DNA of 64,000 nucleotides from Lytechinus pictus (Eukaryota): NCBI RefSeq assembly GCF_037042905.1, contig NC_087252.1, positions 1,054,001 to 1,118,000 of the forward strand, read 5' to 3'. Shown piece by piece: positions 52,780 to 64,000 of this stretch (position 1 is its first letter; each line of letters starts with the position of its first letter). The notes under the pieces were generated by a model. It saw only the letters and a program-made list of their open reading frames with translations, ran no database searches and was not told where the DNA came from. The position numbers and the translations under genes were made by a program.

Positions 52780-54054
52780 TTCATCTTCAATATATCTTCA
52801 TTACCAAAATTATGACATTTTGATTATTTTGTTTCTAATCTAAGAAAATATCCCCGCTCTGCTTATCGATTAATTTGGAGATGTCACTTTATTCAGGTAT
52901 GTAGTCTGCTAAAGATGACAATCCTTCTCCTGCAAGTTGCAAATTAATGTAATCATCATCATTTTACAATAGGTCAGTTTTGTTTGGAATGAAACAAAAA
53001 TCACCGTGTAATGTCAATGATTGAAAAAAAACTTGTTATGAATCCTATATAAATAAAGGATAAAAATATAAATAAAGAAAATCAAAGTTTGGTGTATCAA
53101 TCTAAATAAATAGACTCAACTGCCCAAAGGGGTGTAAAACCAAAATCGTTGCAATCATCAAACGACACCAGACGACATGCAATGTTGCTCTGCAGGTGAT
53201 GTATTTATTCGAATTGATCAGTCGATTTAAATTTTCTACATTAAATATATAATGAAATGTCCATTATTACATTTAACCCATCATCTATTTATATTTCCAA
53301 GAACAAGCACATCCCACTTAGTACCTTTTTAAATATATTGGATATGGCATTGTACACTAAACCTGAGGCATATTATGACAAGTACTGCCCTGCATTAACC
53401 TTCAAGTAATACAGCCCCCTCTACGATGAAAAGTTTAGATGGTTTCAAAACCAAGCCAATACAGAAAGCCTCGATGATAACCGAATTAAAAATAAAATCC
53501 AAAAGCATGGCGCAATGCATGCGAATTCATACTAATATCCCATCATGGGCTAACTTACAAATAGAACGATAAATCCATCATACGAAATAAAATTGTCACT
53601 ACGGTACTGTTTGAAGGGGGTGACTTTGTTGGGCTTCGGCATATACCAGAAGAAGAGCAGAAAATCTTATAATTAAAGTGACTGTTTAGGGAAATAATTG
53701 TCGACATTACAGTCAGTCCCAGCTGTGGCTACCGTTCCATGTGATGGCTGAGGGTGATTATTTTCCATTGGATATTCCTACATTAAATAACAAAGAAGAA
53801 GAAATTATCAATATTGTGAATTACATAACACGGTAAGCGGTAACTTAAAGATAATTTCATTTATTCTCACTTGCCATATTCATATTGTCCCATTTTATAC
53901 ACGAATCGTTGATAATTGGTAAATGAACTTTCTCTGTTTTGCGGCTTTTTTGTTCGTAATCATGATGATTATTGTATAAACGAAGCCATAACGTACTTGA
54001 TGAAAAAGATTTGAAATTATGAATTCAAATAAAACTCACTTCTTTACATGTTTG

Positions 54055-54295
54055 TACACTGCCAAAACGCCGGTGTTGATATAACACCTGCCCGGTATCT
54101 ATATCACCAGAGAGGTGTTGAAACAATACCAATTTAGAATCAAGCAAATATTGGCTTAGGTCTAATTGATGTTGCTTAAATGCCAAATTGATGTTAGCCT
54201 AACGCCAAAACCGGTGTTGTTTCAACACCTCTCTGGTGTGGACCGATATAGATACCAGGCTGGTGTAAAATTAACACCGGTATTTTTTAAGTGTA
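54055..54295. mobile_element. Palindromic TA-flanked MITE
   Basis: tacact..aaaacgccggtgtt...aacaccggta.tttt.aagtgta with internal inverted blocks (ggtatctatatc / gatatagatacc). Confidence 0.75.
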
Positions 54296-54389
54296 TGTGT
54301 AAATGGCAAGGTAACTATTGGTAGTTACCGCAAACAGTGATTATAAAAACAAAACCTTTGAAATCATGATTAATTGTTACAATGTCATC

Positions 54390-54949
54390 GTGGAGTTAGA
54401 TCTTTATTTACACAAGCAAAGGGGCTCGTTAAAACTCAACTATTAGGGAGTTTCCGCTCCCATCATGCCCATAGCGCACGACGTATTCAAGAACACAGTA
54501 ACTGTTCTGAAAATGACTGTCAAATGACACAGAGCAGCTGGGAGGTCTTTGTCGAAAACTGGTGAACCGGAGGAATAGCAGTTTCGTCCTAAGTTTCGGA
54601 GTTGACGAAAAATAATTATGAATATATCGTTGGTCCAGAGTCAAAGATGAAATTGCCGTTTTGATTCACCAATTTTCGACAATGTCTTCTTGGTTGTGCT
54701 TTGTCACGAAGGGAATTTGAAATTACATTTTCTATGTTCGTGAATCCGTCTTGTGTCGTGGAAGTGAAACACACAAATATCATGACCCGGACACAACATG
54801 TCAAAAGAAAGTACAAAACAGGTTTTTACTAAACCCCAAAAGCATATGATTGATCAAACTAAGTATCTCACCGAAGCAATGGAATATCTTGTGTGGTGGT
54901 TTCTTGAAGCACCAACATTCTTGGGAAGATCCCGGAATCGGAGGACACA
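54390..54949 (-). other. Prepropeptide gene B, probable non-coding terminal exon
   Basis: Acceptor ttcttcatcacattccag at 54950-54951; homology to the gene A 3'UTR at 54518-54712; AATAAA (minus strand) at 54403-54408. Confidence 0.55.
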
Positions 54950-54984
54950 CTGGAATGTGATGAAGAAAATTTATTATTATCAAA

Positions 54985-55117
54985 AGTAGTGGTAGTAGTA
55001 GTAGAAGAAGCAGCAGTAGCAGCAATAGTAGTAGTATAAAAGTAGAGTAGTAGTAGTAGTAGTAGTAGTAGTAGCAGTAGTAGTAGTAGTAGTAGTGTAT
55101 TCATCATCATCATCATC
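54985..55117. repeat. (GTA)n plus (CAT)n microsatellite
   Basis: Trinucleotide runs that generate the poly-Leu and poly-Thr ORFs in the track. Confidence 0.9.
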
Positions 55118-55536
55118 TTATTGGTGCCTTAAAGCTCAAGTCCATCCCAGAAGAATGTTGTTTTGAATCAATAGAGATATATCATACAAGCATAGCGCTG
55201 AAAACTTTATCAAAATCGGATGTAAAATAAGAAGTTACGGCATTTCAAAGTTCACTAAATTTTTCACCGAACAGATCTATGGATAACTAAGTGACATGCA
55301 AATGCATGAAGAATCAATGATGACAATTATTTTCTTCATTACAACAAAGTTTGAGTATCTGAATATGCAAGAATATTATTTAACAGTCCAAACTCCGGAT
55401 CCATCGGCTTTGCCTAGAACTTATCAAAGGTACATCGTGCGTGTATTCCAATGGTGATAGGCATCATTTATACAGTGTACATGGTATAACATGATAAAAT
55501 GACTAATCATACTAATGAAAGTGGTTTTAGGAATGA

Positions 55537-55544
55537 TCAGCAAA
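55537..55544 (-). CDS. Prepropeptide gene B, stop-containing mini-exon (exon 55513-55544): (I)C-stop
   Basis: Acceptor ctcttttcatccgaagcag and donor gtatga at 55512. The downstream intron shares TTATACCATGTACA with the equivalent intron of gene A, identifying it as the homologous exon. Confidence 0.55.
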
Positions 55545-55908
55545 CTGCTTCGGATGAAAAGAGTTAATAGAATAACTATGTTGATGTGTGTATGAACTGA
55601 AAATATGCCCAGTGTTCGTACAAAATTCGACCAAAATTGTACTTAAATCCCTGGTCAATTTCACTCCAACCAACCATTGATTTAAAATGATTAGACATAC
55701 CGTAAACAGGCATGATACTCCAAATTTCATTCAAATTAGAAGTAAAATTATATGTATTATTGTACTCGTATTATCTCCTTATGGTGAAGTAAGATGATCA
55801 TACGTTTTTCGTACGGATTCACGATTATCGCAAGGTCGATAAGGTCTAATATATATTTTTTTTTCAAAATGGTAAGATCGTTTCCTTTAAATACATTGTA
55901 GGGACCAT

Positions 55909-56560
55909 TAAAGGGGCTTTCACAATTGCCCGTGCGATCGTTGCGATCATTAATACATGTTGCATAGAATCACAAAGGTCGTAAGCAGTCGCACTACCAA
56001 TTGTGAAAGGGACTTTACTCATGGTCATCATACGACTGTTGCAGGGGCATCGTAGCATCGTATAATACACATGCATCGTACGATAAACATAGGGTCATCA
56101 CACGTTCACCATATGGACATCGTACGATATCTGTAGCTCTCGGAACGGCCTCTTTACGACTTTTTCTCTGGTCCTTTACGACTCCCAACACATGAAATCG
56201 TACGGTTGTCGTAAATAATGTTAACATCAAAATTGTAGGCCGTGACGACAAAATACGATGCCCCTACAAAGCCGCAGACGAATCCATCCTACGATGATCG
56301 CAGCTAACATGCTAATGTAAAATGGGCATGAATGATGACATAGCGTGCAAGGGGGGACGGTGCGAATAAGGTGAATTTAATGACTTTGCACATAAACCCG
56401 TGACGACCTACGATCCCCTACAAGCCGTAGACGAATCTATCGTACGATGATCGCAGCTAACATGCTAATGCAAAGTCGGCATGAATGATGACATGGCGTG
56501 CAATGGGGAGAGGTGCGAATATGATACGTGAACGGCGAATTTACGGACTTTGCACATTGA
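55909..56560. repeat. Repeat remnant with an approximately 150-bp tandem duplication (about 56255-56390 vs 56410-56555)
   Basis: cccctacaa.gccg.agacgaatc.atc.tacgatgatcgcagctaacatgctaatg occurs twice. Confidence 0.7.
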
Positions 56561-56691
56561 TGAACACAAAGATGAAAAAGGATGGTAAGAGTACGAAACC
56601 TGACTCTCTTGGATGAAATATCACAAAAATAATGGTAATGAGAACATGGTGAATGATGATTTGTTATATTTATGAATCATGAACTACTTAC

Positions 56692-56853
56692 TGACGTACT
56701 TGGTATTGGCTATCATTCGGTTATCTTGCCGGTTGTTTGATTGTTTCGATTTCTGTTTCTGTTTCTTTTTCTTTTTCTCCTTCTGTTTCTTTTTCTTTTT
56801 TTCCTTCTCTTTCTTTTTCTTTTTATCCTTCTTTTTCCTTTTCTCCATTTCGT
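56692..56853 (-). CDS. Prepropeptide gene B, second coding exon: (N)EME-KR-poly-Lys peptide ...QSNNRQDNRMIANTKYV
   Basis: Acceptor cgatag at 56854-56855 and donor A|gtaagt; exactly 162 nt, phase 1-1, open frame. EMEKR mirrors DMSKR of gene A. Confidence 0.72.
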
Positions 56854-57674
56854 CTATCGATTGCGTTTGGTATAAAATGATAAGCAATAAAGTCAGAAAA
56901 TTCATTTCTTAAAGATAATCATGCCTAGATGGGCTGTACGGAGTCCCTAAGGTAACATACTGGCATAACATAATTTGTTCTGGATAACTCGTTCCCATTA
57001 AATACCTGGTTCTCTCGACATGTTCCCTAGATCTTTAACTCGTTCCGACAACTCGGCTAAATCATACGGCATTTTCTAATTTTACAGGGTGTGCACGCAA
57101 CCCTCACCCCTCCCCCCTCCTGCATCATTACCTGACTGTTACGAGGTTACCTTATGAGAACGAGTTATATGTCGAGAGAAAAGTTTAGGAATTCATGGCA
57201 ATTGGTTTGGCAAAAAGAAATCACGTCTCCTCGGGGGCTCCTTATAGATTTGCTTTTCAGCGGACCTTTTTGCACCTAATTTTCCATTGAAGACAGGGCA
57301 TACAGATTGAATTTTAATTACAGTCTATTTCTCCATTTAAAAATGTCGGCATATAACCGTTTCCATGTTGATATATATACATATTAGCTATAAAAAAAAT
57401 TATGAATGATATCAAACGCTTACTTGAAAAGCAAAATAGAGGAAAAGTAATTATGAAAGTAATCATAATACATTCAAATAAAATATTACCGGTGCCCTTT
57501 TTATAGTTGCTTTAAACTTGAAATCATAGTGTTCTTTTATATCATTGCATTGCATCTGCAAAATAACCTATTAACGAAATGAATAAATTCTTTTGTAGTA
57601 AGCTTCTGAAGAAAGAACGATACGAAGTAAATAGTTTGAAAAAATGACAACAATGATAAAGCCCTTTTACTTAC

Positions 57675-57894
57675 TGAAGTATCGTCTGTTGGCCTTGGCT
57701 CTGTTAGTATCTCTCTTGACTGCGAGTGAGGGTTGAAGACTGTCAATGAACTGGTCTAGCGAATACCCATCGAGTGCATACCCGCCATCGTCCGCATACC
57801 CATTGGCCATACCGTCATCGTCGAGGTCAATCATGGCGCATACAGACCCAACGAGGACGACAACGAGGGCGACTGCGAGTAGCTTTGAAGCCAT
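57675..57894 (-). CDS. Secreted prepropeptide gene B, first coding exon (signal peptide, acidic Gly/Tyr pro-region, KR)
   Basis: MASKLLAVALVVVLVGSVCA-MIDLDDDGMANGYADDGGYALDGYSLDQFIDSLQPSLAV-KR-DTNRAKANRRYF; acceptor gttatttcag at 57901-57902; phase-1 donor A|gtaagt. Confidence 0.88.
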
Positions 57895-58477
57895 GGTTGA
57901 CTGAAATAACAGAGCACGTGACGATTAATAATGAGATAAGATTTCAAACATCACCTTAAATTGATGTTTTACTTGTTCATTCATGAATTCATTTATTTAT
58001 TTATTTATCTATTTATTGCATCATTCATGTATTTATCTATTTATTGATGTATTAATTTATTTACTCATTTATTTATTCATATATTTATTAACATATTTGG
58101 TATTTATGTATTTATTGTATTATTTATTTAGTTATTTATTCAATCAATTTGGGCATGTCTATTCGCTTTGTCAACATGGTCAATGTTTGGTTCTTGTCTA
58201 CTAAAAGTTTCCACGCTAGAAAACTCTTTCGGTGGTACATATAATTTCCCACACCTAATGATTTTCAAATTATTTAAAAAGAAATTTATTTATTTCTTTC
58301 TTTATTAAAACATTTTTATACAGGATAACAAGCTCAGATTGACTTTTTTTCAGCATGGTCCTGTTAACATAAAATAACAATATATACATAAAAGATAAAA
58401 GTGTAACTTAGGTTCTATACAAGCAAATATATTGTGAATAAAGAATAAATAGTACTTCCGTAGTCTATTACCAGATA

Positions 58478-58706
58478 CATAGGCGGCGGAAGCGGGGGGA
58501 CGGGGGACCTGTCCCCCCCCCCCTAAATTTGAGGTAGGGGACGATCCCCCTAAATTCTTTGTTGATAACCTTTTTTTTTTTCTTTTTTTTTTTGGTTGTC
58601 AATTTTGTTTGGTGGACCCCCTCAAATTTTGGTTGATAACCTTTTTTTGGGGGGTCAAACAATTGTGGTGGTTTCCCCTAGATTTTTTTGGCTTCCGCCG
58701 CCAATG
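58478..58706. mobile_element. Short TIR element (CA..TG ends)
   Basis: cataggcggcggaagc...gcttccgccgccaatg. Confidence 0.7.
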
Positions 58707-60277
58707 ACCAGATAACGCTCTAAACATGCGTATGAAGCATGCCACCATGTACATAAATAAATCAATAATTTCATTAACAAATTAACAAAAATAAAAAAAG
58801 GAAAAAGAAATGAATAATTATTTAAAAAAAAACAAATATATCAAGGGCGTAGGCTGGGGTGCGCTGGATGCATGTGCACCCTCCCGCTGAGGCGAAGGAA
58901 TTCCGACACTGGCAAGCAAAACGAAATGTGTACCCCTCCTGCTTTCAACAGCTGATTTTCCAAACGTTAGTTCCACCTCCCCAAGATGTGCAGTGTGCAC
59001 CCCATACCACTTTAGTTCTACCTGCCCATGCTCAAACCAGTCTATAAAAAAACAATATAAAAATAACAAAAAACGTCTTTAATAACTAGAAACTCCAAAA
59101 CTTAACGAGGCAAGAAAGACGCCCTTCAGTCTCATGTGTAACCAAACGTGAACACAGAAGACTTACTTTACATTACGATACGTCAGGCAAACATCTTTTC
59201 AAAAGATGACATTTGAAGTAATATTGGCTCTGTAAATTGGTTGGATTCGGACAAATGAAGCGATTCAGAGCCGCCGAGCAAGATAACGTTTACTACAAGT
59301 CATGACCAACGTTTATTGGGCGATTAGAGGGAACATTATCAGTGATATGCTGACAGGAAACGTTAAATACATTTTTGGGGGGTAAATATTCCAATGAAGA
59401 ACTCATTAAAAATGAATATGAAGTGAAGGTTTAGAAGAGAAAGATTGATCAAAGAAAATAATAACATTTTAATTGTTGTCCTCTCTGAAATAACAATTTT
59501 CAACTATTAAAAATATAACAATAATAAATTATTAGATGATTTTTAACAATTCATGTGAGATTTAATAAAGATTCGCTGATTTCTTCTTTCATCAATCATC
59601 CATACAATACCATTACTGAAAAGAAAGACAATATTATTTTTTTATGGATGTTAATGCAAACTTGTAGGCCTGGAATATATTTCCTCTATTGGTTTTTCAT
59701 ATTATTTGGAATGGTTTTTCCCAGAACGTTACCAATTCAAAAATATTTTGCAATTTGCATATAAGAAGATTTTGTTAGAGCATGGCCTTACGCAGCAGGG
59801 GAGTGGTAGGGGACAAGGCAGTTACGCCCCCCCCCCCCACACACACACACACACACAATTTTGAAAACTTCCAATTTTCTGACAATTTCACAAAATTCAC
59901 CAAAGTGTGAACGAAATCCTTCAATTTCACTCTCACAAAGGCAAAAGCGCATCACTGACCATTTTTTGTACCCTATAGGTTGAATTACAGACGATCTGTA
60001 AACTATACCAATTGATGAGAGACCTATGGTTGGTGTTTAACACGGGAACTTGACCACCGTTGACAATGGTAATTGGAATAGCATGTGGTGCATGGAATTA
60101 AACTAGATTTAGTCTACTACGCTTGTCAATCTTCGCCATCTCACTAAGATAGCATCTCATCCGTGACGTCACAATACAGACTGGCGGCAGCAAAGGTGTT
60201 TGTCCAACACAATATAAGCACAAACAACAAGCTAAAGAGGCATATAACATGAACACAGAATTTATCTTAATACTCAC

Positions 60278-60314
60278 GAAAATTCGAGAAAAAATAGGAA
60301 TGAAAGAAGATTGA
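60278..60314 (-). other. Candidate 37-nt 5'UTR exon of gene B
   Basis: Strong acceptor ggtatttctctttcag (60315-60316) and donor gtgagt (60272-60277). Confidence 0.4.
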
Positions 60315-61156
60315 CTGAAAGAGAAATACCATTTTCAGATTCTTTCTAACATTACTATGACATTGTACAGTTCCTTTCTTTAAACTCGTTGCGTGCAAAT
60401 TTGCCAATAATTGCCATTACATAAGGTCGATTATTGGGGACTTAAATTCAATATTTGATATTTTTATCATTTTGAAAAAAGTGCAGAATTTAGCAATCAT
60501 TATCATTATTATCTATCCCTAGCTTAGACTTGCAATTTTGATTGATTGCTTTGATTTCTGCATTCAATGCCTCAAATATAAGTACAGTTTCAGCTCTGTA
60601 GAGTTTATATATAGTTGATCTGAACGACTGAAGAAATATCAGTTTAATAAGATCAAACAGCTTTATTCTTGTGATTTAAAAGTACGATAAACATTCACTT
60701 TCTAAATGAAAAACTCTACACGGTATAATATTTAATAATCTGAAAAATGTCTTGATATTATAGATATATTTTCTTTCATGAAATTTGAACTATTTAAGGT
60801 TAAATTGTAAACAATACTGAATGTTTGCGAAATGGGCCTACAGACATATTAGCCGTCATTATTGTATTTCATCAGTTAACAACAGTTTCAGAAATCATAA
60901 GAGATGCTTAATTCTATATAGTATTAAAGTCCTGAACCAATACCACTGCCCGTATTCTGGTCTTTCCTCATACATGTCATAATTGTACATAAATAAATAG
61001 GCCCCTTGGTCGTAAATGATGGTAGGAAATCGGACCATTAATTTAAAAGAATCGGAAGCTCGTGGTATTTTCTTATAGGTATAGAGAAAGAGAAGAGATA
61101 CAAAATAAAATAATCAGAGACATACAAATGAAAATTTTGAAAAAGGTATTACTTAC

Positions 61157-61262
61157 AGTTGTTCGAAATTAGGATATCTTGGCAGAATCGACAGAGTGGT
61201 TTCTTCTCAGATGACTTCAAACTATCCTTTCGCTGATCCCTGATGATGGACGGTTTATATAG
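61157..61262 (-). promoter_or_regulatory. Gene B TATA box (TATATAAA, 61254-61261) and non-coding first exon
   Basis: Minus-strand TATA about 100 bp upstream of a gtaagt donor at 61151-61156; same layout as gene A. Confidence 0.55.
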
Positions 61263-62527
61263 CATCCAAATAGAAGGATCATCCACCAAGAGCAATGCGA
61301 AATCAAACTTGACCGAGTTACATATTCATTAATTAGTCGAACAGGATAATGATGCGCGATGCTTTTAGGGCGTGTCTTTCTCGAAGAAATAACGCGATCG
61401 AAGGAGGGACGTTGATAAGATGTGCACCATCGATTATAATCTCATATCGCGATCACAAATTCGATTGTTTTTTTTAAGGAGGTGGCATGGAAGTGCCGTG
61501 ACCGTGTGGTATAAGGCACCTGACTACACACGTCGGGGTTCGATTCCTGTCACGGCACCTCGGCCCTTGAGCAAGGCAATTTCTTTTTTCTATTACTTAT
61601 ATTGATTTATGTTTTCTTTTATAATTGTTTTTACTATTGTATGTTTGTATTTTTAAATGTATGTGTACTGGATACCTCAGAAGAACAGCCTGTGGTTGAA
61701 GAGTGCTATCCAGTCTACGAGTGGATAATAAATAAATGAATTAATGAATGAATGAATGAATGAATGAAATAAATAAATAAATAAATAAATAAATGTATTG
61801 CTGAATTATCTTACATTAAACGAATTAAAAAAGCTACGCGTATCATTGATGCCAACGTGAGCCGTATGGTTTTAAAATATATATTTATATGTATTAAGAG
61901 GAAATAACATGAAAAACTTTTAAAATGTAAATAAAGATTTGAAAAATACATTTTATTTCCGCACTTCATATTCAATTATATCCTGACGTCATGTACCTTT
62001 ATGAGGAAACTCAAGAAACAGCTCCCAGAGGTCCGTTCAACTTTAGTATCTTATGTTGCTGACTGATATTCTCATTCTCTGTTTTGATAAATTTTCTAGA
62101 TTTTCTAGCATTTTCTTTGTTAACAAGCATCTGAAGGTACAGGTAAAATATATAATAGTCAAAAACTAGATAGGTTTATAGAATCTTTCCTCATGCTCCA
62201 TGAAGGAAAATTTAGGGTATCTACTTTATAGGAGCTCCGCCAGCATACTTTGATTTAGGGGATGGGGAGGTTGGAGACAATCTAAAGTTGTCCCCTTTCT
62301 TCCCATTCACAAATTGGGCTATTGCAGACTTAAACGAGAAAAAAAGTCTGGCACTCTTTTTTCTTCATTCCCTCCATTTACTCATTTTCTTCCGTTTTTC
62401 TGTTTTTTATACGTACAAAAAATCAAAGGACATTCTCCCCTACCCCCCCCCCTCGCTCTGGCGTCGGCAGATCACCAGTCGTGCGTAAAACATAAGCACA
62501 TTTTAACCTAATTCAAAAGACGATCCA

Positions 62528-62725
62528 CTGGCGGATCCAGGGGGTGGGAGCACAGCCGGCCCGTGCCCCCCCCCCCCTTGAGAAGCAAAATTAAAATTTG
62601 TAATGTAAAAATGCCGTTGAAACAGAAGTGTGCCCCCCCCCCCTTGGAAGTGAAGACATATTTTGTTTTGCTTGTCAAAAATGTGCCCCCCCCCCTCCTT
62701 TTGGAAAATCCTGGATCCGCCCCTG
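62528..62725. mobile_element. Short TIR element, same family as 15835-16107
   Basis: ctggcggatccagggg...cctggatccgcccctg with a shared interior. Confidence 0.8.
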
Positions 62726-64000
62726 AACATACCCAATATCCTCATTTCTCCCAAAAGTAAAGCAAAGGTAGTCCAAAATCAATGATCAATGTTCACAAGT
62801 TCTAGTGCCAAGGCCAACAAACAACAACTTCTTCAATTCAATAAAATCCACTCGTGTTGTAATATCAAACTCATACAAATATAAACGGCCAAATGTTTAT
62901 AGTGCTGCAATATAACTCTTCACATCGTGAGCCATCAATCAATATTCAATGCGGGAAAATCTCATTTGACCTTCATAAGTCAACGTGCCTGATATTCTTA
63001 ATTCAGAGAAGGTGTCAAATCAGTGCAATAGTAATTACTATCGCACTTAAGGGTGAAATATATTATTGATAATCTATAACACATGTCAGGTGACTTTACA
63101 TAGATGATTTCATCAATTATTGTTTCCTTCTTCGTTCAACAGATTCATTTTATTCATTTATTTTCCTAACTACAAGGTTTTACTTGTGTTTTTGATTTAG
63201 TTTCTCTTGGATTGTTTTACTTTGTAATAGACAAGATGATTTTCCACGAAGACATAAAAACAAGTCTCCTCTTCTTCGTAATCTGTCACTCTCTCTTTGT
63301 CTTTCTATCTCCAATTCTCCCCCTCCCTCTCCCCCTTCTCCCCCCCCCTTCTCTCTCTCCCTCTTTCTCTCGCGATGTGGATGGGAACCCTCTATCTGTT
63401 ATCTGTATACAGAGATATAATGTACACTACAGAATATAGACATAAAGACACATGAAGCTTTTCTTTTTATCGTTTCTTCTTTAATGTTTTATCAGTATAT
63501 CGTACAATCTTTACATACAATTTGAAATAAGAAATTATTATGGGCACTTAAGTTAACCCTTGCCAACTCGAACCTGTACCTGTATACCTGTACCTTATAC
63601 CTGTACAAAGTCTACGAGAAGGACAGAATTCAGTATTCAACGGCGTATATTAATACACTTTGCAAATCGATGGAGAATGCTTCTGTGAATTAGCATGTGA
63701 TACGAAAGTGATAGACCGATTGCTTGAAAATGTTGAATAATAATTAGGGGATTTCGCTAATATATTTTGCTTTTTTATGGAGAAATATATAATAAGAGCT
63801 CAGATATAAATGGCATAATATAATTTGATTGCACATCTACTCTATGATGGACTTGACTCTTTCTGTTACTGAAAAAAGGTCAAAAGTTTCGATTTCAAGA
63901 TTAACCTTGGAATATAAAGTGTATAATTTTTTAATTATTATTTTACAATACATAATAATATTCACGTTGATAACACTATTTTTTGTAATTTGCAGGGGGA

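Noticed and set aside
49810-52823. ORFs containing long X runs
   Set aside because: Artefacts of the assembly gaps.
54801-54949. Cys-rich frame (M)CPPIPGSSQECWCFKKPPHKIFHCF with a phase-1 gtgaga donor at 54871, tempting as a toxin-like exon of gene B
   Set aside because: Homology with gene A places the stop in the upstream mini-exon (55513-55544), making this the UTR exon. It would be coding only if that mini-exon were skipped; not excluded, but unsupported.
55804-55845. Possible extra phase 1-1 exon of gene B, (N)LIDLAIIVNPYEK
   Set aside because: The acceptor is preceded by an A-rich tract and there is no counterpart in gene A.
59167-59229. Possible additional 5'UTR exon of gene B
   Set aside because: Plausible splice sites only; it would add upstream ATGs and has no independent support.

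Overview
AT-rich eukaryotic (animal) genomic DNA with spliced genes, tRNA-derived SINEs, MITEs, microsatellites and two N-gaps. The repeat landscape and gene set suggest a marine invertebrate deuterostome, probably a sea urchin (inference). Five genes could be reconstructed by hand from splice sites and reading-frame phase. (1-2) Two tandem plus-strand secreted lectin genes: signal peptide + 4 or 2 compact C-type lectin domains + a C-terminal PAN/Apple domain, CDS 1201-9517 and 13567-17680. (3) A 4-exon Barx homeobox gene, CDS 27739-41097, 426 aa, whose introns carry decayed 'ghost' copies of the ends of both homeobox exons. (4-5) Two tandem, paralogous minus-strand genes for small secreted prepropeptides (both start MASKLL; layout signal / acidic pro-region / KR / spacer / (D,E)MxKR / basic peptide), which the ORF track shows only in fragments. 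Gene A (CDS 47461-48464) splices to yield a predicted C-terminally amidated 18-mer, GKSKEGRPFVFPYGWRYG-NH2. Gene B (CDS 55537-57894) carries a poly-lysine peptide exon. The two share intronic sequence, a 3'UTR inverted repeat and downstream flank. This peptide pair (neuropeptide, antimicrobial or toxin-like) is the best candidate for an undescribed system; I do not recognise it, but novelty needs a database search.
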